64,000 nucleotides of DNA, taken from NCBI GenBank assembly GCA_035687145.1, contig DASRYM010000039.1:1219-65218 (forward strand). Reading direction: 5' to 3'. Under the pieces are notes generated by a model, which saw only the letters and a program-made list of their open reading frames with translations, was not told the DNA's origin and made no database searches. The translations under genes and the position numbers were made by a program. This DNA is from Candidatus Zixiibacteriota bacterium (lineage in GTDB: Bacteria > Chloroflexota > Limnocylindria > QHBO01). Shown piece by piece: positions 49,187 to 59,393 of this stretch. Positions within the stretch are counted from its first letter, which is position 1. Each line of letters begins with the position of its first letter.

Positions 49187-50620
49187 CTACCCGATGCGAA
49201 TGGTCTCGATCGCCGGCCGATAGGGTACAGGCCGCAGCCGAGCCGCCAGGGCCAGGACCAGGGTGATCGGGCCCAGCCTGCCGACGAACATGCCGATGAT
49301 GGCGATCACCCGCGCCGGCTCGTCCAGCCCCGGGGTGATGCCGGTGGTGGCCCCCACCGTGCCGAAGGCGGAGACCGCCTCGAAGAGGGTCTGCAGGAAG
49401 GTGGCCTGCGAGGTGACCGCCAGTCCCAGGCCCACCAGGAAGACGAAGGCGATGGCCAGCAGCGCCACCGACAGGGCGCGGTAGACGACCCCGTGCGGGA
49501 TGCGCCGGCCGAAGACCTCGGCCGAGGGGCGGCCGCGGACGCTCGACCAGATGACGGCCCCCAGCAGGCCGAAGGTGTTGACCTTGATGCCGCCGGCCGT
49601 CGACCCCGACGCGCCGCCGATGAACATCAGGGCCATGACCACGAACAGCGAAGCCTCGGCGAAGTTCGCCGGACTGAGGGCGGTGAAGCCGGCGGTGCGC
49701 AGCGTGGCCGACTCGAAGGCGGCGTTCAGGATGCGCTGCTCGGCCGGCAGCCGGCCAAGGGTGGTCGGGTTGTTCCACTCGATCACCGCGATCAGCACCG
49801 TCCCGGCCAGCAGCAGCCCGGCGCTGACGGTGAGCACCAGCTTGGTCTCCAGCGCCAGGCGCCGCCAGGAGCGATGCCGTCCGACGTCGCCGACGATCGC
49901 CCAGCCCAGCCCGCCGAGGATGAGCAGCACCGCCACCGTGCTCAGCACCACCCAGTCGTCGATGAAGGGGGTCAGGCTCCGGTAGCCGCCGGTCAGGTCG
50001 AAGCCGGCGTTGTTGAAGGCCGACACCGCGTGGAAGACGCCCCACCAGATCCCTTGTGGGTGCCACGGCGGGCCCGCCTCCGGCCCGGCCATGAAGGCGA
50101 CCGACAAAACCACCGCCCCGGCCAGCTCCACGACCAGGGTGAAGGCCGCGATGCGGATGGCCACCTGGGTCACGCTGCCCAGCTCCAGCCCGCCCAGGGA
50201 CTCCTGCACCACCACCCGGTCGTGGAGGCGGGTGCGGCGCCCGGCGATCAGGTAGAGGAGCAGGGTCGAGCCGGTCATGATCCCGAAGCCGCCGACCTGG
50301 ATGAGGAGCAGGATCACCACCTCGCCGAAGGCGCTCCAGTGGGTGGCGGTGTCGACCACCACCAGCCCGGTGACGCAGACCGCCGAGGTGGCGGTGAAGA
50401 GCGCGGTGAGCGGGTCGGTGCCGCGGCCCGGCTCGGTGGCCCAGGGCAGCAAGAGCAGGACGGTGCCGGCCGCGATCATGACCACGAAGGCCACCAGCAG
50501 GGTCCCGGCCGGGGAGAGCGGCCGCCGCGCCCGCCGCGCCGGCTTGAGCGCCACCTCCTCGGGCCGGATGCGCGTGACGCGGACCCGGCGGTCGCCGGGA
50601 CGCTGCCCCTGGACCGTCAT
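49187..50620 (-). CDS. trkH: TrkH/KtrB family potassium transporter
   Basis: Polytopic protein with repeated GFGIMTGS / AGF selectivity-filter-like segments. Confidence 0.85.
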   Translation of the reverse strand: MTVQGQRPGDRRVRVTRIRPEEVALKPARRARRPLSPAGTLLVAFVVMIAAGTVLLLLPWATEPGRGTDPLTALFTATSAVCVTGLVVVDTATHWSAFGEVVILLLIQVGGFGIMTGSTLLLYLIAGRRTRLHDRVVVQESLGGLELGSVTQVAIRIAAFTLVVELAGAVVLSVAFMAGPEAGPPWHPQGIWWGVFHAVSAFNNAGFDLTGGYRSLTPFIDDWVVLSTVAVLLILGGLGWAIVGDVGRHRSWRRLALETKLVLTVSAGLLLAGTVLIAVIEWNNPTTLGRLPAEQRILNAAFESATLRTAGFTALSPANFAEASLFVVMALMFIGGASGSTAGGIKVNTFGLLGAVIWSSVRGRPSAEVFGRRIPHGVVYRALSVALLAIAFVFLVGLGLAVTSQATFLQTLFEAVSAFGTVGATTGITPGLDEPARVIAIIGMFVGRLGPITLVLALAARLRPVPYRPAIETIRIG

Positions 50621-50683
50621 GGGGCCTGGCTGCGGCTGCTCACGCCCCTACGGTAGCGGCTGGGGTATCGGCCCGGGGGCGGG

Positions 50684-51601
50684 TCAGACCCGGTCGGATC
50701 CTCCGGCCTGGCCGACGGCGGCCTGCGGTCGGTCGGCATCGGACACGGGGATGGGCGCGCGCCGTGGTCGCGGCCGGAAGGGCGAGGTCTCGGGCACCAC
50801 CGGCCCATCGGTCTCCGCCAGGCGACCGCTGCGGTAGGCGTCCCAGACGGCCATGACCGTGTCGCGGTGGGGCCGGATGCGGCAGTGCTCGTCGCGGTTG
50901 CCCATCTCGTCGCAGTAGCCGAGCGGCACGCACTTGGGGGCCAGGAAGCTGCCGAAGAAGGGCGAGACCCGGAAGATCTCGTGGCGGATCTGCTTGAACA
51001 GCTGCCGGATCTCCCACTGGGCCATGGTGCACAGCCGCAGCCCGCTCATGTGGATCAGCTGCCGCAGGTTGACCGTCATGATCAGGTTGGTCTGCATGGC
51101 GTTGGGGAAGATGAAGCGGGCGTCCTCGGCGGGGACCTCCGCCTGCAGCAGCTGCCCGTACAGGTCCAGGTTGTCGTCGATCGCCTTCTTGAAGCGGCCT
51201 GCCAGGTCATCGGGCAGGTCGCCCTTGGCGATCGAGTCGGGGATCGTGTAGTTGTCGCGCCGCTTGAAGGAGACGTAGCGCTGCGACTGCTGGTCGAAGG
51301 CGGTCCCCGCCCGGTGGCGGACCAGCTGGTGGGAGAGGGTGCGGGTCACGCCGCTGATGGCGAAGGTGAAGTTCACGTGCTCGATGGTCGAGCCGTGCCC
51401 CGACTCCATGACCTTGCGCACCAGCGCCTGCTGCTTCTCATCGGCCACCTGGCGGCTGACGGCCCTGTCCCAGATCTGCTCCGGCAGCTGCTCCGAGTAG
51501 CAGGTCCGGCAAGCGGTGTAGATCAGCGGGAGGTAGTACTCCTCCACGATCTCCTTGGTGGGGAAGATGAGCCGGGCGGAGAGGGCAGAAGCGGTCGGCA
51601 T
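50684..51601 (-). CDS. thyX: FAD-dependent thymidylate synthase ThyX
   Basis: ThyX motif LVRHRAGTAFDQQSQRY (RHRxxxxxxxSxR). ATG at 51601. Confidence 0.85.
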   Translation of the reverse strand: MPTASALSARLIFPTKEIVEEYYLPLIYTACRTCYSEQLPEQIWDRAVSRQVADEKQQALVRKVMESGHGSTIEHVNFTFAISGVTRTLSHQLVRHRAGTAFDQQSQRYVSFKRRDNYTIPDSIAKGDLPDDLAGRFKKAIDDNLDLYGQLLQAEVPAEDARFIFPNAMQTNLIMTVNLRQLIHMSGLRLCTMAQWEIRQLFKQIRHEIFRVSPFFGSFLAPKCVPLGYCDEMGNRDEHCRIRPHRDTVMAVWDAYRSGRLAETDGPVVPETSPFRPRPRRAPIPVSDADRPQAAVGQAGGSDRV

Positions 51602-51643
51602 CGGTCCCGCGAGGATAGCACCGTCGGCGGTCGGAGCGGCCCG

Positions 51644-51718
51644 ATTATCCACAACATGTCGCGTTCGCGGTGGACAGCACCCCACATGTTGTGCACAACC
51701 CAGCGGCCGGTGTGGATA
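51644..51718. promoter_or_regulatory. nested inverted repeats in the divergent thyX promoter region (TTATCCACA...TGTGGATA outer; ACAACATGT...ACATGTTGT inner)
   Basis: Exact 9-bp inverted repeats seen directly. Loose resemblance to the NrdR-box architecture. Confidence 0.3.
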
Positions 51719-51744
51719 CCGAGCCGGCTGGCTATGCTCGGCGC

Positions 51745-52197
51745 ATGCCCGATCCCGCCAGCCCCGCGCCCTCACCCGCCGGCCGCCGGACCGTGATGTC
51801 GCGCCGCCGCTTCCTGCAGCTGACCGACGAGCTGATCGCCACCGGCGAGCGGCTGCTGGACGAACCGGACTGGAACCTGTTCCGCGCCTGGCTGCTGAAC
51901 TCGGACGAGCTGCTCGAACGGGTGTGGGGACGCATGGACCGATACCACCTGGCCTGGCTGAACGTCGGCCGCGACTCCGCCCCACCGGGCTCGCCGCTGG
52001 ACGAGCCGGGCACGGCCCGCTTCGTCCGCGAAGTCTCCGGCGCGAAGCTGGCCGTGCTGCGTACCATGAGGGAGGCCGTCGCGCGGCGGGGCTGGACCAC
52101 CCTGAGCGACGACCCCGACGACGGCCACGACGGCCACGACGGCCACGACGGCCACGAGGAGCACGCAGGCGAGCAGGAGGACGAGGAGGACCGGTGA
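51745..52197 (+). CDS. hypothetical protein with C-terminal His/acidic repeat tail (DGHDGHDGHDGHEEH)
   Basis: ORF with ATG at 51745. (DGH)4 repeat then an acidic tail. The stop overlaps the next gene's start (GTGA). Confidence 0.45.
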   Translation: MPDPASPAPSPAGRRTVMSRRRFLQLTDELIATGERLLDEPDWNLFRAWLLNSDELLERVWGRMDRYHLAWLNVGRDSAPPGSPLDEPGTARFVREVSGAKLAVLRTMREAVARRGWTTLSDDPDDGHDGHDGHDGHEEHAGEQEDEEDR

Positions 52198-52931
52198 CCC
52201 GTCACCGCCCGGACCACGAGATCGGCGGCCTGGCCGCGGTGCTGGCCCACCCCGACGACGAAAGCTTCGGCTGCGCGGGGGCGCTGGCCCTGGCCCACGA
52301 CGCGGGGCGCAACGTGCGCCTGCTGCTGGCCACCCGCGGTGAGGCGGGCAGCCCGCCGGACGGGATGGACGCGGCCGACTTCGCCCAGGTGCGCGAGGAG
52401 GAGCTGCGCTGCGCCGCCGCGAAGATCGGGCTGACCGAGATCACCGTGCTGGAGGGCTATCCCGATGGCGGCGTGGCCGACATGCCCTTCAACCAGCTGG
52501 TCGACGAGATCGCCCTGTGGCTGGCCGACCGGCGCCCGGACGCGGTGATCACCTTCGGCGCCCACGGCGTCACCGGCCACCCGGACCACGTGGTCGTCGG
52601 CTCGGCCACGCGCTGGGCGGTCGAGCGGCTGGCCGAGACCGGGCAGGCGCCGCACGCGGTGTACGTCATCGCCCCGGTTTTCGGCGGCGGGGCCCGGCGC
52701 TACGACCTATCCCCGGAGGAGGGGGCGGCCACGCACCGGATCGACATCACGTCGGTGGCCGGTCGCAAGATCGCCGCGCTGGCCTGCCACGCCTCGCAGG
52801 CTGACGCCGTCCAGGAGGCGCAGGACCTGCAGGCCGTCCTGGACCGCGACGGGGTGCTGTACGAGGGCTACACCCGGGTCCGGCCCCCCGTCCCGGCGCC
52901 GCATCCCAAGTTCGACGAGCGCCTGGTCTGA
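52194..52931 (+). CDS. PIG-L/LmbE family N-acetylglucosaminyl deacetylase
   Basis: AHPDDESFG zinc-binding motif. GTG start preceded by GAGGAGGA. Confidence 0.8.
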   Translation: MTRHRPDHEIGGLAAVLAHPDDESFGCAGALALAHDAGRNVRLLLATRGEAGSPPDGMDAADFAQVREEELRCAAAKIGLTEITVLEGYPDGGVADMPFNQLVDEIALWLADRRPDAVITFGAHGVTGHPDHVVVGSATRWAVERLAETGQAPHAVYVIAPVFGGGARRYDLSPEEGAATHRIDITSVAGRKIAALACHASQADAVQEAQDLQAVLDRDGVLYEGYTRVRPPVPAPHPKFDERLV

Positions 52932-53000
52932 CCGCCGCGCCCCGGCGGTCGGGGACGACCACGACCACCCCGCGGCACATCCTTGGTATTCTGGTCGGGT

Positions 53001-53291
53001 ATGGCAATTGACCAGGACCTCGCCCGCGTCGACGAGGTCATGACCGCGCTCTACGACATCCACGACCCGGAGATCGGGATGAGCATCGTGGATCTCGACC
53101 TGATCAAGCACGTCGAGATCGGGAAGGACGGCGGGCCCACCGAGATCAAGATGGTGCTCACCACCCCGTTCTGCCCGTGGGCCGGCGAGCTGATCCAGAC
53201 CGTCAAGCAGCGGGCCGAGGAGGTGGTCGGTCCGCCGGTCAAGGTCACCCTGCTCGCCGATCGCTGGGAGCCGCCACCGGGCCTCTTCTAG
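53001..53291 (+). CDS. metal-sulfur cluster assembly factor (DUF59/MIP18/SufT-like)
   Basis: VMTALYDIHDPEIGMSIVDLDLI and TTPFCPWAGEL motifs. Confidence 0.7.
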   Translation: MAIDQDLARVDEVMTALYDIHDPEIGMSIVDLDLIKHVEIGKDGGPTEIKMVLTTPFCPWAGELIQTVKQRAEEVVGPPVKVTLLADRWEPPPGLF

Positions 53292-53339
53292 CGGCCGCAA
53301 CCGCCACCGGTGCCCGGCCGAGGCCGTACCATCGGTCCG

Positions 53340-53906
53340 GTGAAGATCTACACCCGCAAGGGGGACGCCGGCACCACCGGCCTGCTGTACGGCGGCGAGC
53401 GCATCAGCAAGGCGGGCCTGCGGACGGATGCCTACGGCACCACCGACGAGGCCGTTTCGGCCCTGGGCCTGGCACGCGCCGCCCTGGGCGTCATCACCGA
53501 TCGCGCCGAGGCCCGCTTGGCCTCCCTCACGGTGCGCCTGCAGCGCGAGCTGTTCGTGGTCGGTGCCGAGCTGGCGACCCACGCCGAGCGTCGCGATCGT
53601 CTGACGCCGGGCACCACCCTGGTCACCGCCGAGATGGTCGAGGCCCTCGAGCGGGAGATCGACGACCTGGAGGCCGGCATGACCATGCCGACCGAGTTCG
53701 TGATTCCCGGTGAGTCGCTGGCCGGCGCCGCCTACGACCTGGCTCGCACCACCGTCCGCCGCGCCGAGCGGCGCGCCGTGGCGCTGGCCGAGGCCGGCGG
53801 CCTGCCCGACTCACAGGTCCTGGCCTACCTGAACCGCCTCGCCGACCTGCTGTGGGTCATGGCCCGTGTCGCCGATGGCGGCTACGTCCCGGTCCGCCAG
53901 CGCTGA
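53340..53906 (+). CDS. cob(I)yrinic acid a,c-diamide adenosyltransferase, PduO type
   Basis: VKIYTRKGDAGTTGLL N-terminus typical of PduO-type ATR. GTG start. Confidence 0.8.
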   Translation: MKIYTRKGDAGTTGLLYGGERISKAGLRTDAYGTTDEAVSALGLARAALGVITDRAEARLASLTVRLQRELFVVGAELATHAERRDRLTPGTTLVTAEMVEALEREIDDLEAGMTMPTEFVIPGESLAGAAYDLARTTVRRAERRAVALAEAGGLPDSQVLAYLNRLADLLWVMARVADGGYVPVRQR

Positions 53907-53937
53907 GGTCGGGCGGGCGTCCGGCGTGCCGCCACGA

Positions 53938-53958
53938 GCGTTCCGATGATCGGAACAC
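53938..53958. repeat. palindromic element variant copy (GCGTTCCGATGATCGGAACAC)
   Basis: In the intergenic region between the PduO-type ATR and ALDH genes. CC/GG-swapped inner arms but still palindromic. Confidence 0.75.
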
Positions 53959-54114
53959 TCAGTGGACCACTCAGCATTCGGACGCTTGCGGAATCACCCG
54001 CGATTCCGGGAAGGGACTACCGAATCCGCCGGCATCGGGGGTAGAATCGCCCGGATACCGGCGCTGCGGCCACCGTCTGGCCGCGCCCGATCTGCCCTTC
54101 CGAGAGGTGCTTCG

Positions 54115-55560
54115 ATGACGCTCACTGCCAGCAGCTACCGGATGTTCATCGATGGTGAGTGGTCGGAGGCCGCCAGCGGCGAGACCACCGAGATCATCAA
54201 CCCCGCCACCGAGGAGGTGATCGCCACCGTCCCGCGCGGCGACGCGAACGACGTGGACCGCGCGGTGGCCGCCGCCCGCGCGGCGTTCGAGTCCTGGTCG
54301 CTCACCACGCCCGCCGAGCGCTCGACGATGCTCCACAAGTTCGCCGACGCGCTGGCCGCCGACGCGGAGACCCTTTCCAGCCTGGAGCAGCAGAACGTCG
54401 GCAAGCCGAAGGGCACGGCCGATTTCGACGTCGAGTTCACCATCGACAACGTGCGCTTCTTCGCCGGCGCCGCCCGGGTCATCGAGGGCAAGGCCACTGC
54501 GGAGTACGTCAGCACCCACACCAGCATGATCCGCCGCGAGCCGGCCGGGGTGGTGGGCCAGGTGGCACCCTGGAACTACCCGCTGATGATGGCCATCTGG
54601 AAGCTGTGCCCCGCGCTGGCGGCGGGCTGCACGGTGGTCCTCAAGCCGTCGAGCCTGACCCCGCTCTCGGCGCTGCGCATCGCCGAGCTGGCGGCCGACA
54701 TCTTCCCCAGGGGAGTGCTCAACGTGGTGACCGGGCCGGGCAGCACAGTCGGCGCGCGGCTGGTCACCCACCCGCAGGTCGACATGGTGAGCCTCACCGG
54801 CGACACGGCCACCGGCAGGGAGATCGCCGCCGCGGCGGCCCAGACCGTGAAGCGCGTGCACCTCGAACTGGGCGGCAAGGCCCCGGTGCTGGTCTTCGAC
54901 GACGCGGATCCGGCGGCGGTGGCCGAAGGCGTGAAGCTGGCCGGCTTCTTCAACTCGGGCCAGGACTGCACGGCGGCGACCCGGATCATCGCCGGGCCGA
55001 AGATCTACGACAACCTCATGTCGGAGCTGGTGCCGGCGGTCCAGTCGGTGAAGGTCGGCAACCCGGCCGACGACCCCGAGCTGGACATGGGGCCGCTGGT
55101 CAGCAGGGCGCAGCAGGAGCGGGTCATCGGCTTCGTGGACCGCGCGCGCGAACGTGGAGCCACGGTGGCCGCCGGGGGCGCCACCACCGGCGCGCGCGGG
55201 TACTTCTACTCGCCGACCGTGGTGACCGACGTGGCCCAGGACTCGGAGATCGTCCAGCAGGAGGTCTTCGGGCCGGTGGTCACCGTCCAGCGCTTCGGCG
55301 ATGACGAGGAGGCCATCCGCTGGGCCAACGGCGTGAACTACGGGTTGGCTGCCTCGGTCTGGACGCGCGACGTGAAGCGGGCCCTGAATGCCGCCCGCCG
55401 GCTGCGGTTCGGGACGGTCTGGATCAACGACCACCTGACCATCGCGTCGGAGATGCCGCATGGCGGGTTCGGGCAGTCCGGCTACGGCAAGGACATGAGC
55501 CTGTACTCGATCGAGGACTACACGATCGTCAAGCACGTGATGGCCAAGATCGCCGACTGA
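54115..55560 (+). CDS. NAD(P)-dependent aldehyde dehydrogenase (gamma-aminobutyraldehyde/betaine aldehyde DH-like)
   Basis: ALDH motifs ELGGKAP, catalytic Cys region FFNSGQDCTAA, VAPWNYPL. Confidence 0.85.
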   Translation: MTLTASSYRMFIDGEWSEAASGETTEIINPATEEVIATVPRGDANDVDRAVAAARAAFESWSLTTPAERSTMLHKFADALAADAETLSSLEQQNVGKPKGTADFDVEFTIDNVRFFAGAARVIEGKATAEYVSTHTSMIRREPAGVVGQVAPWNYPLMMAIWKLCPALAAGCTVVLKPSSLTPLSALRIAELAADIFPRGVLNVVTGPGSTVGARLVTHPQVDMVSLTGDTATGREIAAAAAQTVKRVHLELGGKAPVLVFDDADPAAVAEGVKLAGFFNSGQDCTAATRIIAGPKIYDNLMSELVPAVQSVKVGNPADDPELDMGPLVSRAQQERVIGFVDRARERGATVAAGGATTGARGYFYSPTVVTDVAQDSEIVQQEVFGPVVTVQRFGDDEEAIRWANGVNYGLAASVWTRDVKRALNAARRLRFGTVWINDHLTIASEMPHGGFGQSGYGKDMSLYSIEDYTIVKHVMAKIAD

Positions 55561-55722
55561 ACCGGCTGGACCGATGGAGCCGACTCCGACTACCTGCGCT
55601 GGCTGGCCCGGCACTCGTCCGGCATCCGCTACCGTCGCCACATTGCCCGGCTGCTGCCCACCGAGCCGGACATCGAGCGCCGCGCGAACCAGGTGGCATG
55701 AGGGCCTGCTAGCATCGGGCCG

Positions 55723-56175
55723 ATGCCTGACGCATCGGTTCGAACGGACCCTGAGGCGCCGGGGGAGCTGCCTCCCGGACGCACGCCGCCACTGCCGGCC
55801 GACGAGGTCGACCGTCTCTTCCGGGAGGGCGTGGCCCTCTTCAACGGCGTGCGCTACTGGCACGCCCACGAGGCGTGGGAGACGCTGTGGCGCGCCGCGC
55901 CGGAGGAGGAGCGGAGCTTCTACCAGGGGCTGATCCAGGTCGCCGCCGGGCTGCTGCACCTGGAGCGCCGCAACCTCCGCGGCGCGCGCAACAAGCTGCG
56001 CGAGGGAGTGGACAAGCTGCGGCCGTACATGCCCACCCATCGGGGCATCTTCGTGAACGAGCTGGTGCGCCGCTGCGAACGCATCCTGGAGGACCTCGAC
56101 GCCGGCATCCTGCCCTACCTGATCCCGCCGGTGATCCGCTACACGGAGCTGGCCGACTGGGACTTCGAGCGATGA
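55723..56175 (+). CDS. DUF309 domain protein
   Basis: [17 protein letters not shown] motif typical of DUF309. Confidence 0.7.
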   Translation: MPDASVRTDPEAPGELPPGRTPPLPADEVDRLFREGVALFNGVRYWHAHEAWETLWRAAPEEERSFYQGLIQVAAGLLHLERRNLRGARNKLREGVDKLRPYMPTHRGIFVNELVRRCERILEDLDAGILPYLIPPVIRYTELADWDFER

Positions 56176-57587
56176 GGACCGCGCCGGAGGGGGGCGAGAC
56201 GCGCCTGGAGCGCGACTCCATGGGGGAGGTGCGCGTGCCGGCCTCGGCGAAGTGGCGGGCGCAGACGCAACGGGCCATCGAGAACTTCCCGGTCTCCGGC
56301 CTGCGGCTGGAGCCGGCGCACATCCGGGCGCTGGGCTTGATCAAGTGGGCGGCCGCATCGGTCAACGCCGAGCTGGGTGTGCTGGAGCCGGCCATGGCCG
56401 AGGCCATCGCGGACGCCGCCGAGGAGGTGGCGCGCGGCGAGTGGGACGCCGAGTTCCCCATCGACGTCTTCCAGACCGGGTCGGGCACCAGCTCGAACAT
56501 GAACGCCAACGAGGTGATCGCCACCCTCGCCGCCGAGCGGCTTCGCGCCCCGGTGCACCCCAACGACCACGTCAACGCCAGCCAGTCGAGCAACGACGTC
56601 TTCCCGTCCTCCATCCACCTGGCGGCCACCGACGCCGTGGTCAACGACCTGATCCCGGCGCTCGAGCACCTGGCCGCAGCACTGGAGGCCAAGCGCGACG
56701 AGTTCGCCTCGGTGGTCAAGGCCGGCCGCACCCACCTGATGGATGCCACCCCGGTGACGCTGGGCCAGGAGTTCGGCGGCTATGCCGACCAGGTGCGCAA
56801 GGGCATCGAGCGGCTGCAGGCCACCCTGCCGCGACTGGCCGAGCTGCCGCTGGGCGGCACGGCGGTGGGCACCGGCATCAACACCCCTCCCGGCTTCGCG
56901 GCGAAGGTGATCGCACGGCTGCGGGAGCGGACCGGGCTGCCGCTGACCGAGGCGCGCAACCACTTCGAGGCCCAGGGTGCGCGCGACGGGCTGGTGGAGG
57001 CCTCCGGGCAGCTGCGCACCATCGCGGTGGGGCTCTACAAGATCAGCAACGACCTGCGCTGGATGGGATCCGGCCCGCGGGCGGGGCTGGCCGAGATCAA
57101 CATCCCCGACCTCCAGCCGGGGTCCTCGATCATGCCCGGCAAGGTGAACCCGGTGATCCCCGAGGCGATGTGCATGGTCTGCGCCCAGGTCGTCGGCAAC
57201 GACGCCACGGTGGCCTTCGCCGGCGCCGCCGGATCGTTCGAGCTGAACGTCATGCTGCCGGTCATGGCCCGCAACCTGCTGGAGTCCATCCGGCTGCTGG
57301 CCAGCATGTCCCGCCTGTTCGCGGACCGATGCGTCAGCGGCATCACCGCCAACGCCGAGCGCGCCCGCGAGTATGCGGAGAGCTCGCCGGCCATCGTCAC
57401 GCCGCTCAACCGCTACATCGGCTACGAGGAGGCGGCCAAGGTCGCCAAGCAGGCACTGGCCGAGCGCAAGACGATTCGCCAGGTGGTGCTGGAGCGCGGG
57501 TACGTGGAGGCGGGCACCATCAGCGAGGAGGAGCTGGACCGGGTCCTGGACGTGATGGCCATGACCCGTCCACCGTCCGACACCTGA
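56172..57587 (+). CDS. fumC: class II fumarate hydratase (fumarase C) / aspartase family; fumarase favoured
   Basis: [26 protein letters not shown]-terminus and the [11 protein letters not shown] signature. ATGA overlap with the upstream gene. Confidence 0.8.
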   Translation: MRTAPEGGETRLERDSMGEVRVPASAKWRAQTQRAIENFPVSGLRLEPAHIRALGLIKWAAASVNAELGVLEPAMAEAIADAAEEVARGEWDAEFPIDVFQTGSGTSSNMNANEVIATLAAERLRAPVHPNDHVNASQSSNDVFPSSIHLAATDAVVNDLIPALEHLAAALEAKRDEFASVVKAGRTHLMDATPVTLGQEFGGYADQVRKGIERLQATLPRLAELPLGGTAVGTGINTPPGFAAKVIARLRERTGLPLTEARNHFEAQGARDGLVEASGQLRTIAVGLYKISNDLRWMGSGPRAGLAEINIPDLQPGSSIMPGKVNPVIPEAMCMVCAQVVGNDATVAFAGAAGSFELNVMLPVMARNLLESIRLLASMSRLFADRCVSGITANAERAREYAESSPAIVTPLNRYIGYEEAAKVAKQALAERKTIRQVVLERGYVEAGTISEEELDRVLDVMAMTRPPSDT

Positions 57588-57799
57588 CCATCCCCGGACA
57601 CGCCGACGCCGGCCCGCTGCCGGACCGGCGCCTGGCGGTCATCCGCCACGATGGGTGTGCCACTACTTCAGCCCCGTGAACGTACGTTTACGGAACGCCC
57701 ACCGCGACGGCTGTTCACTTGTGCCCCCATGGTGGGCGGGGCGTGGACGGCGCCGCTAGGGACGAATGTCCCGCACCGGCCGGGAATCGGGCGGCGACC

Positions 57800-57805
57800 T
57801 ACAAT
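57800..57805 (+). promoter_or_regulatory. TACAAT -10 hexamer 6 nt upstream of the GTG start of the ALDH gene (probable leaderless transcript)
   Basis: acctACAATcgcggcGTG seen directly. No room for an RBS. Confidence 0.35.
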
Positions 57806-57811
57806 CGCGGC

Positions 57812-59311
57812 GTGAGCACCACCTTCCACAACCTCATCGGCGACCGATGGGTGCCGGCCCGATCGGGCGCCACCTTCACCAGCGTCAACCCGGCCAACCA
57901 CGATGACGTCATCGGTGAGTTCCCCGCGTCCGGGCCGGAGGACGTCGACGACGCGGTCCAGGCCGCCGCGAAGGCCTTCCCCGCCTGGTCGCTGATGCCC
58001 GCGCCCAAGCGCGGCGAGATCCTGTTCAAGATCGCGCGCCTGCTGGCCGAGCACAAGGAGGAGCTGGCGCGCCTCATGACCCGCGAGATGGGCAAGGTCC
58101 TGACCGAGGCGCGCGGCGACGTGCAGGAGGCCATCGACGTGGCCTACTACATGGCCGGCGAGGGGCGCCGCCTCTTCGGCCAGACCGTGCCGTCGGAGAT
58201 GCCCGACAAGTTCGCCATGGCCATCCGGCGGCCGATCGGGGTGGTCGGCATCATCACCCCGTGGAACTTCCCCATCGCCATCCCGGCCTGGAAGCTGTTC
58301 CCGGCCCTGATCTGCGGCAACACCGCCGTCATCAAGCCCGCGTCGGACACGCCGGCCTGCCTGGTGCGCTTCGTGGAGCTGCTCCAGGAGGGCGGCCTGC
58401 CGCCGGGGGTGGTGAACCTGGTGACCGGCAGCGGCGGCAGCGTGGGCAACGCCATCGTCGACCATCCCGACGTGCGGGCCATCAGCTTCACCGGCCACAC
58501 CGAGACCGGGGTCGAGATCAGCCGCCGCGCGGCGGAGACCCTGAAGCGGGTCAGCCTGGAGCTGGGCGGCAAGAACCCGATCGTCATCTGGGAGGACGCC
58601 GACCTGGACCTGGCCCTGGACAGCGTGGTGTGGTCCGCGTTCGGCACCTCCGGCCAGCGCTGCACGGCCGCCAGCCGGATCATCGTCCATCGGTCCATCC
58701 ATGACACCGTCGCCGAGAAGCTGCGGGACCGCGTGGCGAGGCTGGTGCTGGGCGACGGGCTGCTGGAGACCACCGACGTGGGCCCGGTCATCAACGACCG
58801 TGCGGTGGAGCGCATCGCCCAGTACGCCGCGGTCGGGCGCAACGAGGGCGAGCTGCTGATCGGCGGCGAGCCGGCGCGCGAGGGCGACCTGGCCAGGGGC
58901 TCCTTCTTCCAGCCGACGATCTTCGCCGAGGTGCGCCCCGACGCCCGCATCGCCCAGGAGGAGATCTTCGGGCCGCTCACCGCGCTGGTGCCGGTCGACA
59001 CCTGGGAGGAGACGGTCGAGGTCGTGAACAGCGTGAAGTACGGGCTGTCGACCTCGCTCTTCACCCGGGACATCAACCTGGCCTTCCGCTCCATCCGCGA
59101 CTTCGACTCGGGGCTGGGCTACGTGAACCACGGCACCATCGGCGCCGAGGCGCACCTGCCCTTCGGAGGCACCAAGGCCACCGGCAACGGGCACCGCGAG
59201 GTGGGACAGGCCGCGCTGGACTTCTTCAGCGAGTGGAAGAGCGTCTACATCGACTACTCGGGGAGGCTGCAGCGGGCCCAGATCGACACCGAGTTCCTCG
59301 ACCAGGGCTGA
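57812..59311 (+). CDS. aldehyde dehydrogenase family protein (semialdehyde DH-like)
   Basis: ALDH motifs ELGGKNP, FGTSGQRCTAASR (catalytic Cys), ITPWNFP. Confidence 0.8.
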   Translation: MSTTFHNLIGDRWVPARSGATFTSVNPANHDDVIGEFPASGPEDVDDAVQAAAKAFPAWSLMPAPKRGEILFKIARLLAEHKEELARLMTREMGKVLTEARGDVQEAIDVAYYMAGEGRRLFGQTVPSEMPDKFAMAIRRPIGVVGIITPWNFPIAIPAWKLFPALICGNTAVIKPASDTPACLVRFVELLQEGGLPPGVVNLVTGSGGSVGNAIVDHPDVRAISFTGHTETGVEISRRAAETLKRVSLELGGKNPIVIWEDADLDLALDSVVWSAFGTSGQRCTAASRIIVHRSIHDTVAEKLRDRVARLVLGDGLLETTDVGPVINDRAVERIAQYAAVGRNEGELLIGGEPAREGDLARGSFFQPTIFAEVRPDARIAQEEIFGPLTALVPVDTWEETVEVVNSVKYGLSTSLFTRDINLAFRSIRDFDSGLGYVNHGTIGAEAHLPFGGTKATGNGHREVGQAALDFFSEWKSVYIDYSGRLQRAQIDTEFLDQG

Positions 59312-59393
59312 CGGGCAGCATCGGCACGAGGTCGATGGGCCGCGCTCGGGCGGCTGGACGGCGGGAACGCCGCGTGCCACGATCGGCGCTGGC

